A stretch of 54,582 bases of DNA from Sphingomonadales bacterium. GTDB lineage: Bacteria; Pseudomonadota; Alphaproteobacteria; Sphingomonadales; Sphingomonadaceae. Below, one piece after another: positions 45,567-54,582 of the stretch. The notes beneath the pieces are model-generated. The model saw only the letters and a list, made by a program, of their open reading frames with translations, was not told the DNA's origin and did not search any database. The stretch is taken from the NCBI GenBank assembly GCA_038258615.1, contig JBBSPR010000001.1, positions 1 through 54,582 on the forward strand, given 5' to 3'. A program made the translations under genes and the position numbers. Numbering within the stretch: position 1 is the stretch's first letter; every line of letters begins with the position of its first letter.

Positions 45567-46388
45567 ATGATGCGGAGATTGATCCCGGGCGCGCTGTTGG
45601 TGCTCATCGTCGCCGCGCCCGCCGGGGCGGCAACGCGCTGCGATATCGGCCCTCGCGGCGCCGCCGCCGCCAATGCTGCCAGCCTCGAAACCCTGGAATG
45701 GGCGCCCTTCCGCCGCCCCGAGCGCGGCTGGGCGATCTATGCCAACCGGATCGCCGTCGAAATCGGCTCGCATTGCCTGGCGATCAGCCCCGGCTATGCC
45801 GCCGCCCTCGCACGCTGGCAGCGTCGCGAAGGGCTGCCAGCCACCGGTGTGCTTGATGAACCAAGCTTTGCGGCAATGAACGGCAAATGGACCCTTGCCC
45901 GGCCCTTCGTGCTCCAAACGCGGGACGGCAGTTGCCCGCCGCCGCCCCTGCCATCGGCACTCGCCACGGCCACACCCGAGCAGAGCTATGGCGGCAAGAC
46001 CATAGAGTTGCGCGCCGACGCGCTCGCCGCCTATCGGCGCATGGTCGCTGCCGCGCACCGTTCGCTGCCGTCGCGTGACCCGCAATGGTTCACCATCTTC
46101 TCGGGTTTCCGCGATCCGGCGGCCGATGCGGAGCGCTGTGCCATCGAAGGCAATTGCCAGGGCGTGGTGCGCGCCACCTGCTCGGCGCACCGCACCGGCC
46201 TTGCCATCGACATGCATATGGGGGCCGCACCGGGTTTCGGCCCGGACAGCTCGGACGATGCCAACCGGCGCGCCATGGTGCGCACCACAGCCTATCGCTG
46301 GATGCTCGCCAACGCCGGGCGGTTCGGTTTCGTCAACTATGTCTTCGAGCCCTGGCACTGGGAGTGGTCGCCAGCCGGCATGGGTTGA
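45567..46388 (+). CDS. D-Ala-D-Ala carboxypeptidase, M15B/VanY family, exported
   Basis: Signal peptide; [19 protein letters not shown]; PG-binding-like [14 protein letters not shown]. Confidence 0.88.
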   Translation: MMRRLIPGALLVLIVAAPAGAATRCDIGPRGAAAANAASLETLEWAPFRRPERGWAIYANRIAVEIGSHCLAISPGYAAALARWQRREGLPATGVLDEPSFAAMNGKWTLARPFVLQTRDGSCPPPPLPSALATATPEQSYGGKTIELRADALAAYRRMVAAAHRSLPSRDPQWFTIFSGFRDPAADAERCAIEGNCQGVVRATCSAHRTGLAIDMHMGAAPGFGPDSSDDANRRAMVRTTAYRWMLANAGRFGFVNYVFEPWHWEWSPAGMG

Positions 46389-46437
46389 AGCATCGAGCCC
46401 CGGCGTGTCGCACCCGCCCGACTGCCGGAGGCGCCTG

Positions 46438-47430
46438 TCAGATCAGGCCCGCCAGCGGTGACGACGGATCGGCATAACGCCGCCGCTGCATCCGGCCTGC
46501 GCGATAGGCGAGTCGGCCCGATTCGATAGCCAGTTTCATCGCGCGCGCCATCAGCACCGGGTCGCGCGCTTCGGCGATGGCGGTGTTCATAAGCACGCCG
46601 GCACAGCCGAGTTCCATCGCCACCGCAGCATCGGACGCGGTGCCGACGCCGGCATCGACGAGCACCGGCACCTTCGCCCCCTCGATGATCATCCGCAGCG
46701 TCACCGGGTTCTGCACCCCCAGCCCGGAGCCGATCAGCGACCCCAGCGGCATGATGGCGCAGGCGCCCAGCTCTTCCAGCCGCTTGGCGGCAATGGGATC
46801 ATCGGCGCAATAGACCATCACGTCGAAGCCGTCTTTCACCAGGATCTCGGTGGCGCGCAGCGTCTCGGCCATGTCGGGATAAAGTGTGCGCGCCTCGCCG
46901 AGCACTTCGAGCTTCACCAGATTCCAGCCCCCGGCCTCGCGCGCCAGTCGCAGCGTGCGCACCGCCTCGTCGCCCGTGAAGCAGCCGGCAGTGTTGGGCA
47001 GATAGGTGAACTTCTTCGGGTCGATGAAGTCGGTGAGCATCGGCGCGCCGCGGTCGGTCACATTCACCCGCCGCACCGCCACGGTCACGATCTCGGCACC
47101 CGAGGCTTCGAGTGCTGCAGCGTTCTGGGCAAAATCCTTGTACTTCCCGGTGCCGACGATCAGCCGCGACGTGAACCGCCGGCCCGCGACCTCCCAGCCG
47201 TCCACGCCGCCTGCAACATCCATCCCGCCGCCGACGAAATGCACGATCTCCACCCGGTCGCCCTCGGCCAGCGGCGTCTCGGCAAACGCCGATCGCCGCA
47301 CGATCTCGAGGTTGCGCTCGACCGCGACATGCGCGGCTTCAAGCTCCAGTTCCGCCAGCAGGGCCGCCACACTCAGGCCTGGTGTGATTCGGCGCGGTTC
47401 GCCGTTGAGGGTGATCGCAAGACTACTCAT
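46438..47430 (-). CDS. thiG: ThiS-ThiG fusion (sulfur carrier + thiazole synthase)
   Basis: N-terminal LNGE...VAVERN...[10 protein letters not shown]; ThiG motifs [27 protein letters not shown]. Confidence 0.93.
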   Translation of the reverse strand: MSSLAITLNGEPRRITPGLSVAALLAELELEAAHVAVERNLEIVRRSAFAETPLAEGDRVEIVHFVGGGMDVAGGVDGWEVAGRRFTSRLIVGTGKYKDFAQNAAALEASGAEIVTVAVRRVNVTDRGAPMLTDFIDPKKFTYLPNTAGCFTGDEAVRTLRLAREAGGWNLVKLEVLGEARTLYPDMAETLRATEILVKDGFDVMVYCADDPIAAKRLEELGACAIMPLGSLIGSGLGVQNPVTLRMIIEGAKVPVLVDAGVGTASDAAVAMELGCAGVLMNTAIAEARDPVLMARAMKLAIESGRLAYRAGRMQRRRYADPSSPLAGLI

Positions 47431-47488
47431 GTGCCCACCAATGCCCCCGGCCATTGCGGCGGGCAAGCACCAACGCTAACGCTGCGAC

Positions 47489-47926
47489 ATGAGCCTCGTC
47501 TTCGTCCTCAACGGTCCCAACCTCAACCTGCTCGGCAGCCGCGAGCCGGCGATCTATGGGCACGATACGCTCGACACCATCTCCGGGCGCCTCGGAGACC
47601 AGGCGCAGGGGCTCGGCATCACCCTCGATATCCGCCAGTCCAACCACGAAGGCCATCTGGTCGATTGGCTGCAGGAGGCCGGCTCGATCGGCGCCCTCGC
47701 GGTCATCCTCAACGCCGGCGCCCTCACCCACACCTCGGTCGCGATCCATGATGCGATTCTGTCGATCAGCGTGCCCGTGATCGAAGTCCACCTCTCCAAT
47801 CCCCATGCGCGCGAGGCCTTCCGCCACCACAGCTATGTGGCCCCGGTGGCCCGCGGCACCATCGCCGGCTTCGGTCCCGCCTCCTACACGCTGGCGCTGG
47901 ACGCGGCGGCAGCATTGCGGCAATAA
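47489..47926 (+). CDS. aroQ: Type II 3-dehydroquinate dehydratase
   Basis: [35 protein letters not shown]. Confidence 0.96.
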   Translation: MSLVFVLNGPNLNLLGSREPAIYGHDTLDTISGRLGDQAQGLGITLDIRQSNHEGHLVDWLQEAGSIGALAVILNAGALTHTSVAIHDAILSISVPVIEVHLSNPHAREAFRHHSYVAPVARGTIAGFGPASYTLALDAAAALRQ

Positions 47927-47973
47927 CGAAAGCCTTGGTCGGCGAACAACCGGCGCAGCAACGGGGTGAATTC

Positions 47974-48462
47974 ATGCCGCAAGGCTCGAACAACGAGGGC
48001 ACCATGCAGGTCGACAGCGCACTCGTCCGCGAACTGGCGGAACTTCTGGACGCCGGCAACTTGACCGAAATCGAAGTGAAGGACGGCGAACGTTCGATCC
48101 GCGTGGCGCGTACCATCACGGCAGCCCCCGCTGCTGCGCAAATGACCTATGCAGCCGCCGCACCGGCCCCCGCCGCTGCCCCTGCAGCGCCCGCCGCTGC
48201 CCCTGCGGCAGACGATTGGAAGAGCCATCCGGGGCTTGTGAAGTCCCCCATCGTCGGCACCGCCTATCTTACTTCGGAGCCCGGCGCCCCGCCCTTCATC
48301 ACCGAAGGCGCAACCGTTGCCGCCGGCGCCACCCTGCTCATCGTCGAGGCGATGAAGGTCATGAACCCGATCACCGCCCCCAGGGCCGGCGTGGTCAAGC
48401 GCATCCTCATCCGTTCGGAACAGCCGGTCGAATATGACGAGCCGCTGGTGGTGATCGAGTAA
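47974..48462 (+). CDS. accB: Acetyl-CoA carboxylase biotin carboxyl carrier protein
   Basis: EAMKVMN biotinylation motif; Ala/Pro linker; alternative start 48004. Confidence 0.95.
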   Translation: MPQGSNNEGTMQVDSALVRELAELLDAGNLTEIEVKDGERSIRVARTITAAPAAAQMTYAAAAPAPAAAPAAPAAAPAADDWKSHPGLVKSPIVGTAYLTSEPGAPPFITEGATVAAGATLLIVEAMKVMNPITAPRAGVVKRILIRSEQPVEYDEPLVVIE

Positions 48463-48466
48463 CCCC

Positions 48467-49822
48467 ATGCCGATGTTCAAGAAAGTCCTGATCGCCAACC
48501 GGGGCGAGATCGCTCTCCGTGTGCACCGTGCGTGCCGGGAGATGGGCATCAGCACCGTGGCGGTGCAGTCCACCGCCGATGCCGATGCCATGCATGTGCG
48601 CCTTGCCGACGAGGCGATCTGCATCGGGCCGCCATCGGCTGCAGACAGCTACCTCAACATCCCCGCGATCATCTCGGCCGCCGAGATCGCCCAGGCCGAT
48701 GCCATCCACCCGGGCTATGGCTTTCTCTCTGAAAACGCTCGCTTTGCCGAGATCGTGGAGGAGCACAACATCGTCTGGATCGGCCCCGATCCCGAGCATA
48801 TCCGCAAGATGGGGGACAAGGTCGAGGCCAAGCGCACCGCCGCCGCCCTCGGCCTGCCGCTGGTGCCGGGCTCGGACGGGCCGCTGACCTCGACCGAAGA
48901 GGCACTCGAAGTCGCCGAGCGCATCGGCTACCCGGTGCTCGTCAAGGCCGCGTCGGGCGGCGGCGGGCGCGGCATGAAGGTCATCCCCGATGCCGCCTCG
49001 CTCGCCGGGCTTGTGGCGCAGGCCAAGCAGGAGGCCAAGGCGGCCTTCGGCGATGACACTGTTTACCTTGAAAAATACCTCTCCGAACCTCGCCATATCG
49101 AGTTCCAGATCTTCGGAGACGGCAAGGGTGGGGCGGTGCATCTCGGCGAACGCGATTGCTCGCTCCAGCGCCGCCACCAGAAAGTGCTCGAGGAAGCCCC
49201 CTCGCCCGCCCTCAGTGCCGCCGAGCGCGCCCGCATGGGCGAAGTGGTGCGGCAGGCCATCGCCAAGCTCAAGTATCGCGGCGCCGGCACCATCGAGTTC
49301 CTCTACGAGAACGGCGAGTTCTTCTTCATCGAGATGAACACCCGCCTGCAGGTCGAGCACCCCGTCACCGAGGCGATCACCGGCATCGATCTGGTGCGCG
49401 AGCAGATCCGCATCGCCGCCGGGTTACCACTTTCGGTCACCCAGGAGAGCATCCGCTTCGAAGGCCATGCCATTGAGTGCCGCATCAATGCGGAAGATCC
49501 CGCCACCTTCGCCCCCTCGCCAGGCCGCGTCACCGATTTCCACCAGCCCGGTGGCTTGCATGTGCGTGTCGATTCAGCACTTTACGACGGCTATCGCATC
49601 CCGCCCTATTATGATTCGCTCATCGCCAAGCTCATCGTCTACGGCGCCAACCGCAACGATGCGCTGATGCGCCTGCGCCGCGCGCTCGAGGAGTTCGTGA
49701 TCCATGGTCCGAAGACGACCATCCCGCTCCACCAGGCGCTGATCGAAGCCCCCGATTTCATCAACGGCGATTATTCGATCAAATGGCTTGAACGCTGGCT
49801 GGCCGAGCGCGCCGACCAATAG
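48467..49822 (+). CDS. accC: Biotin carboxylase
   Basis: ANRGEIA, HPGYGFLSEN, RDCSLQRRHQK, EMNTRLQVEHPVTE. Confidence 0.97.
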   Translation: MPMFKKVLIANRGEIALRVHRACREMGISTVAVQSTADADAMHVRLADEAICIGPPSAADSYLNIPAIISAAEIAQADAIHPGYGFLSENARFAEIVEEHNIVWIGPDPEHIRKMGDKVEAKRTAAALGLPLVPGSDGPLTSTEEALEVAERIGYPVLVKAASGGGGRGMKVIPDAASLAGLVAQAKQEAKAAFGDDTVYLEKYLSEPRHIEFQIFGDGKGGAVHLGERDCSLQRRHQKVLEEAPSPALSAAERARMGEVVRQAIAKLKYRGAGTIEFLYENGEFFFIEMNTRLQVEHPVTEAITGIDLVREQIRIAAGLPLSVTQESIRFEGHAIECRINAEDPATFAPSPGRVTDFHQPGGLHVRVDSALYDGYRIPPYYDSLIAKLIVYGANRNDALMRLRRALEEFVIHGPKTTIPLHQALIEAPDFINGDYSIKWLERWLAERADQ

Positions 49823-50427
49823 CGCACACTTCTCTTTTCGCGAGGCCAGTGCCACCATCAGGGCATGTCATCCCGCCTCATCAGCCAGCGGCTCGATCCG
49901 GACGTCCTGCTCCGCGCCTATGCGTCCGGCATCTTCCCGATGGCCGAAGCGGCGGATAGTCCCGACGTGTTCTGGGTGGAGCCGCGCCGCCGCGGCGTGC
50001 TGCCCCTCGACAGCTTCCACGCGCCCCGCAGCCTGATGAAGACGCTGCGGCAGAATCGCTTCCACTTCACCCGTGATCGCGCCTTCGCCCATGTCCTCGC
50101 CGAATGCGCCGCCGAACAGCCCGACCGACCGCAAACCTGGATCAACCCCTTGATCGCCGAAGCCTATCAAGCCCTCCACGCCGGCGGCCACGCGCACAGC
50201 ATCGAAGCCTGGACCGCCGACGGCACGCTCGCCGGCGGCCTTTACGGCGTGCGCCTCGGCAGCGCCTTTTTTGGCGAATCGATGTTCAGCCGCGTCACCG
50301 ACGGCTCCAAGGCAGCACTGGCAACACTGGTCGTGCGGTTGCGCGTCGGCGGCTTCACCCTGCTCGACACCCAGTTCCTCACCGATCACCTCGCGCGCTT
50401 CGGCACCACCGAGATCGACCGCAAGGA

Positions 50428-50974
<547 letters not shown>

Positions 50975-50988
<14 letters not shown>

Positions 50989-51475
50989 CGACCGGCTCCG
51001 GAGCAGCCTCTGCCGAATCGCCACCACTGCGGTTCACCACACTGCCGATCAGCGCCATCAGGTCCGCCGCTCCCGAGGTCTCGATGATCTCCTCGCCGGG
51101 CTTGAGCATCGTCTCCTCGGCGCCCGGGCTCAGCGAAATGAAATTGCCACCCAGCAGCCCCTCGCTGGTGATCGCCGCGCTCGAATCGATCGGCAGGTTC
51201 AGCCCCGGCTGAATGCCGATTTCGAGTACCGCCTGATAGCTCGCCGGGTCGAGCCGCTGCCCCACCACCTGCCCCACCTTGATGCCGGCAAGCCGCACAT
51301 CGGTCCCCGGTGAAATGCCGGCAACGCTGGGAAAGCGCGCGGTGAGCGTATAGCCATCGCCGCCGCGCCCCGCCTGCGTCCGCTCCCAGGCGAAATTCAC
51401 GAACAATGCCGCCACCATCAGCACCAGAGCGCCGAGCAGCGCCTCGATGACGTTGTCCTTGAGGAGCGCGCGCAT
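50975..51475 (-). CDS. mlaD: Single-domain MlaD/MCE protein
   Basis: GISPGTDVRLAGIKVG, ITSEGLLGGNFISLSPG; TGATG coupling. Confidence 0.88.
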
Positions 51476-51873
51476 CAGTTCTGGTCCGGGGACCAGGCGA
51501 CGTAGTCGCCCGTCGCTGCCGCCCGCTTGCCGCCCGATTCCAACGCTCCCGACGGTCGATAGGCGGCAAGCGTGCCGGTGGCATTCGGCGCCCATTCACG
51601 CTCCCACACCCGCGGTGCCAGCGGCGCTTCGCTCGGCGGCAACGCCACCGTCTTGTGCATCCACAAATGCCATTCCGGCGGAATGCGCGTGGCTTCGGGC
51701 GTCCCATTGTACATCACCCAGCGGCGTTCCCCGGGGTCCCCGGCCTTGCCCGAGCGGAAATACACATTGCCTTCGCCGTCGCGGCCCACTTCGGTGCCGT
51801 TGCGGCTGGACCAGATGCGCGTGCCGAGCCCGGGGCCATTCCACCAGGTGAAGATGTTCGAGAGAAATCCCAT
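51475..51873 (-). CDS. NADH:ubiquinone oxidoreductase accessory subunit, NDUFA12 family
   Basis: VGRDGEGNVYF, RRWVMY, IPPEWHLWMH, PNATGT..AYRP. Confidence 0.9.
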   Translation of the reverse strand: MGFLSNIFTWWNGPGLGTRIWSSRNGTEVGRDGEGNVYFRSGKAGDPGERRWVMYNGTPEATRIPPEWHLWMHKTVALPPSEAPLAPRVWEREWAPNATGTLAAYRPSGALESGGKRAAATGDYVAWSPDQN

Positions 51874-51927
51874 GAGGTTCTCAAACCGCATAAGGGGCGC
51901 AAAGGCAAGCCCCGAAGCGGGCAGGCA

Positions 51928-52368
51928 TCAGCGCGGGCGTGTCACCCGGTCCCCCGGCTTCAGGCCGATCCGCGCCGCTTCGCCGGCATTCAGCTCGATC
52001 ACCGCCGCCGTCAGCCCGCCCGAGGGAATCAGATCATCGGAATAGGGCTTGCCCCGGCCGACGCTCACCACCCGGTTGTCCGGACCCACGAAGATCAGGT
52101 CGAGCGCCAGCGGTGTGTTCCGCATCCAGAAGGCGGTGGTGCGCGCTGGCTTGAACGGAAAAATCATGCCGGCAGCACGCGGCATCGCCTCGCGATACAT
52201 CAGCCCGCATGCCTGCTGCTCTGATGTGGCAGCGAGGTCCACCAGGTAATTATGCGTGCCCTTGGCAGTGACGAAGCTCACCGGCTGGCGCGTCAGACCG
52301 ATATTGGGGCACGCAGCCAGAGCCGGCGATGCCGCCGACAGCAACACAGCAAACGCAAGCATACGCAT
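51928..52368 (-). CDS. DUF192 family exported protein
   Basis: GLMYR, GMIF, FWMRNTPLALDLIFV, VIELNAG. Confidence 0.88.
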   Translation of the reverse strand: MRMLAFAVLLSAASPALAACPNIGLTRQPVSFVTAKGTHNYLVDLAATSEQQACGLMYREAMPRAAGMIFPFKPARTTAFWMRNTPLALDLIFVGPDNRVVSVGRGKPYSDDLIPSGGLTAAVIELNAGEAARIGLKPGDRVTRPR

Positions 52369-52375
52369 AGGGGCA

Positions 52376-52942
52376 TCAATCCTCTTCGGGCACGATCCCA
52401 TCGATCGCCAGCGAAACCGCCAGAGGACCCTTGTGGCCCGAAGCGATGCGCGCTTGCAAGAGTTGCCCCGGCTCAAGCTCGGGCAGTGCGGCACGGCGTA
52501 CCGTCTCCATATGCACGAAAATATCCTCTCCGCTGCCCGGCCGCATCACAAATCCATAGCCTTTCAAGCGGTTGAACCACTTGACCACCACCGGCTCGAA
52601 GCTGCCTGCCGTGTCGAGCAGCCCTTGCGGATTGACACGATCCGCCGCGCGCGCCGCCGCCGTCTCCGGGTCCGGGCCGATCGCTGTGCTCAGGTCGAGA
52701 TCGAGAATCTTGCGTGCCTGCCGACCGCGGTCACGCGCGACCACGATGCAGGTGAGCGTTGCCCCCTCGGGCAGCGTGCGACGGCCAAGCTCACGCACCA
52801 CCGTGAAGTGCACCAGCACATCGCCCTTGGCGGTGGGGTTGTCCGGCACCAGAAAGCCATAGCCGCGCACTGGATCGAACCATTTTACTGACCCGCGAAC
52901 CAATGTCTCGTCGGCCGCCACCTCGTTCAAAAGTTGTTCCAC
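52376..52942 (-). CDS. Cold-shock protein with two CSD domains
   Basis: VKWFDPVRGYGF...DVLVH and VKWFNRLKGYGF...DIFVH; GTG start. Confidence 0.92.
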   Translation of the reverse strand: MEQLLNEVAADETLVRGSVKWFDPVRGYGFLVPDNPTAKGDVLVHFTVVRELGRRTLPEGATLTCIVVARDRGRQARKILDLDLSTAIGPDPETAAARAADRVNPQGLLDTAGSFEPVVVKWFNRLKGYGFVMRPGSGEDIFVHMETVRRAALPELEPGQLLQARIASGHKGPLAVSLAIDGIVPEED

Positions 52943-53123
52943 ATCTGCCCCCGAAACACTCTATCTGCCCTCAGATAGTATCCCCTGGTTCGAATCATAG
53001 TATGAGTATGAACGCTACGCAAACATGGAGTGCCACCCGCCGTTGCGATGGCGGCCAAATGCTGGCGGCAGCGCAGCGGCCACGCTACAAGGCAAGGACC
53101 CGCAGCGGCAGGAAAGACAAGCG

Positions 53124-53762
53124 ATGAACCTCGATGGCGCCGTCACCATTGCCGCCCCGCGCGCCGCCGTCTGGGCGGCACTCAACGATCCCGATGTGCT
53201 GGCGCGCTGCATCGACGGCGTGGAAAGCCTCACCCGCACGCCGCATGAGGCAGGCGAGCGACTGGAAGGCAAGATGAACGCCAAGGTCGGCCCGGTGCGC
53301 GCCACCTTCACCGGCTTCGTCACGCTCACCGATGTCGTCGAAGGCCAGAGCTACCGGCTGGTCGGGGAAGGCAAGGGCGGCGTGGCCGGCTTTGCCAAGG
53401 GCGAAGCCGATGTCACGCTGTCGGACACGCCCGAGGGCCACACCGCCCTCGCCTATGCCGTGCGATCGTCGGTGGGCGGCAAGCTGGCACAGCTCGGCGG
53501 GCGGCTGATCGAGGGCACCGCCAAGGCCTATGCAACCAGCTTCTTCGACAAGCTGAAGGGCGAGCTGGAGACGGTCCCTGTTCCCCTCGCGGCGGAGCCG
53601 ATGGCAGCACCGCTTGCGGCGGAGCCGATGGCAGCGCCAGTTGCGGACACCGCATCGGCGTCGGCCGTCGATATGGCGCCCTCCAAGGGCATCTCGCCCC
53701 TCGTCTGGGGCGGCCTGCTCATCCTCGGCGTGCTCGGCTTTCTGGTCATCCAATGGGGCTGA
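53124..53762 (+). CDS. coxG: CoxG/SRPBCC family protein with C-terminal membrane anchor
   Basis: VWAALNDPDVLARCIDG, KVGPV, GFAKG, VGGKLAQLGGRLI. Confidence 0.85.
   Translation: MNLDGAVTIAAPRAAVWAALNDPDVLARCIDGVESLTRTPHEAGERLEGKMNAKVGPVRATFTGFVTLTDVVEGQSYRLVGEGKGGVAGFAKGEADVTLSDTPEGHTALAYAVRSSVGGKLAQLGGRLIEGTAKAYATSFFDKLKGELETVPVPLAAEPMAAPLAAEPMAAPVADTASASAVDMAPSKGISPLVWGGLLILGVLGFLVIQWG
53583..53637 (+). repeat. Near-perfect 27-bp tandem duplication (PLAAEPMAA x2)
   Basis: GCGGCGGAGCCGATGGCAGC at 53589-53608 and 53616-53635. Confidence 0.85.
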
Positions 53763-54582
53763 CCGACGATCTCGCCACCCTTGCCACGGCGCGCGACTGG
53801 GCCGCCGCAGGGCACCGGGTGGCCAGTGCCACCGTGGTCTCGGCCTGGGGGTCGGCACCGCGCCGCACCGGCAGCCATCTCGCCATCCGCGATGATGGCC
53901 TGTTCGCCGGCTCGGTCAGCGGCGGCTGCGTGGAAGGCGAGGTGATCGTCGAGGCACAGGCGCTGCTCGCCGAAGGCACCGGCGTGCGCACCCTCGATTA
54001 CGGCGTCGCCGACGAGACCGCGTGGCGCGTCGGGCTGGCGTGCGGCGGCAGGATTTCCACCCTCGTGCAGCGGCTCGCCGAGGACGGTTATCCGATCGCG
54101 GTGATCGATGCGCTGGAGGTGGCCGCACGGAGCGGTCACAGCCTGACCGTGGTGACCAGCATCGCAAATGGCACCAGTGCGCTCGGCGAGCCGGTGGAAG
54201 GAGACTTCAACCGCCCCTGGGCGCCGCCGCGCCGGCTGGCGATCATCGGCGCCGTGCATATTGCACAAGCATTGGTGCCGCTGGCACAAGCGCTGGGCAT
54301 CGCCACGACCGTCATCGACCCGCGGACGCTGTTCGCAGCCGATGATCGCTTCGCCGGCCTGTTGCTGGACCGGCGCTGGCCCGATGAAGCGCTCGACGAA
54401 TGGGCGCCCAATGCCGCGTCCGCCGTGGTGGCGCTCACCCATGATCCCAAGCTCGATGATGTCGGGCTGGCGGCTGCACTGCGGTCGGAAGCCTTTTACA
54501 TCGCTGCGCTCGGCAGCCGGAAAAACCATGGCCTGCGCCGCGAGCGGCTGGCAGCGCTCGGCTTCGACAGCGCGGCGCTGGA
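53753..54582 (+). CDS. xdhC: XdhC/CoxI family molybdenum-cofactor insertion chaperone (3' end outside window)
   Basis: Not in the ORF track; hand translation gives ATVVSAWGSAPR, GSVSGGCVE, VGLACGG, LTHDPKLDD, YIAALGSRK. Confidence 0.9.
   Translation, partial: MGLTDDLATLATARDWAAAGHRVASATVVSAWGSAPRRTGSHLAIRDDGLFAGSVSGGCVEGEVIVEAQALLAEGTGVRTLDYGVADETAWRVGLACGGRISTLVQRLAEDGYPIAVIDALEVAARSGHSLTVVTSIANGTSALGEPVEGDFNRPWAPPRRLAIIGAVHIAQALVPLAQALGIATTVIDPRTLFAADDRFAGLLLDRRWPDEALDEWAPNAASAVVALTHDPKLDDVGLAAALRSEAFYIAALGSRKNHGLRRERLAALGFDSAAL

Overview
GC-rich alphaproteobacterial chromosome segment; gene content and order suggest Sphingomonadales (inference). About 59 CDS and one tRNA-Lys(CTT), nearly all housekeeping: cysK, a MerR/LiuR-headed beta-oxidation operon, hisI, purF, def, recR, acnA, a PEPxxWA-CTERM serine protease, alternative oxidase (aox), an Mla/MCE ABC system, metXW, hisC-tyrA, fabD-fabG-acpP-fabF-mltG, bfd-bfr, mutL, mreBCD-mrdA-rodA, an L,D-transpeptidase/VanY-type carboxypeptidase pair, thiS-thiG, aroQ-accBC-aat, a double-domain cold-shock gene and coxG-xdhC. 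I saw no integrase, transposase, CRISPR array or defence system. The most interesting signals are non-coding. (1) The same 18-bp LiuR-type operator (16/18 identical) lies before the MerR regulator and before aox, suggesting AOX is co-regulated with acyl-CoA catabolism. (2) Two face-to-face EcfG-type (general stress response) promoters drive a divergent L,D-transpeptidase + D,D-carboxypeptidase module just downstream of tRNA-Lys, bounded by a degenerate copy of the tRNA 3' end. (3) fabD may start at an AUU codon. All calls were made by eye, without database searches.
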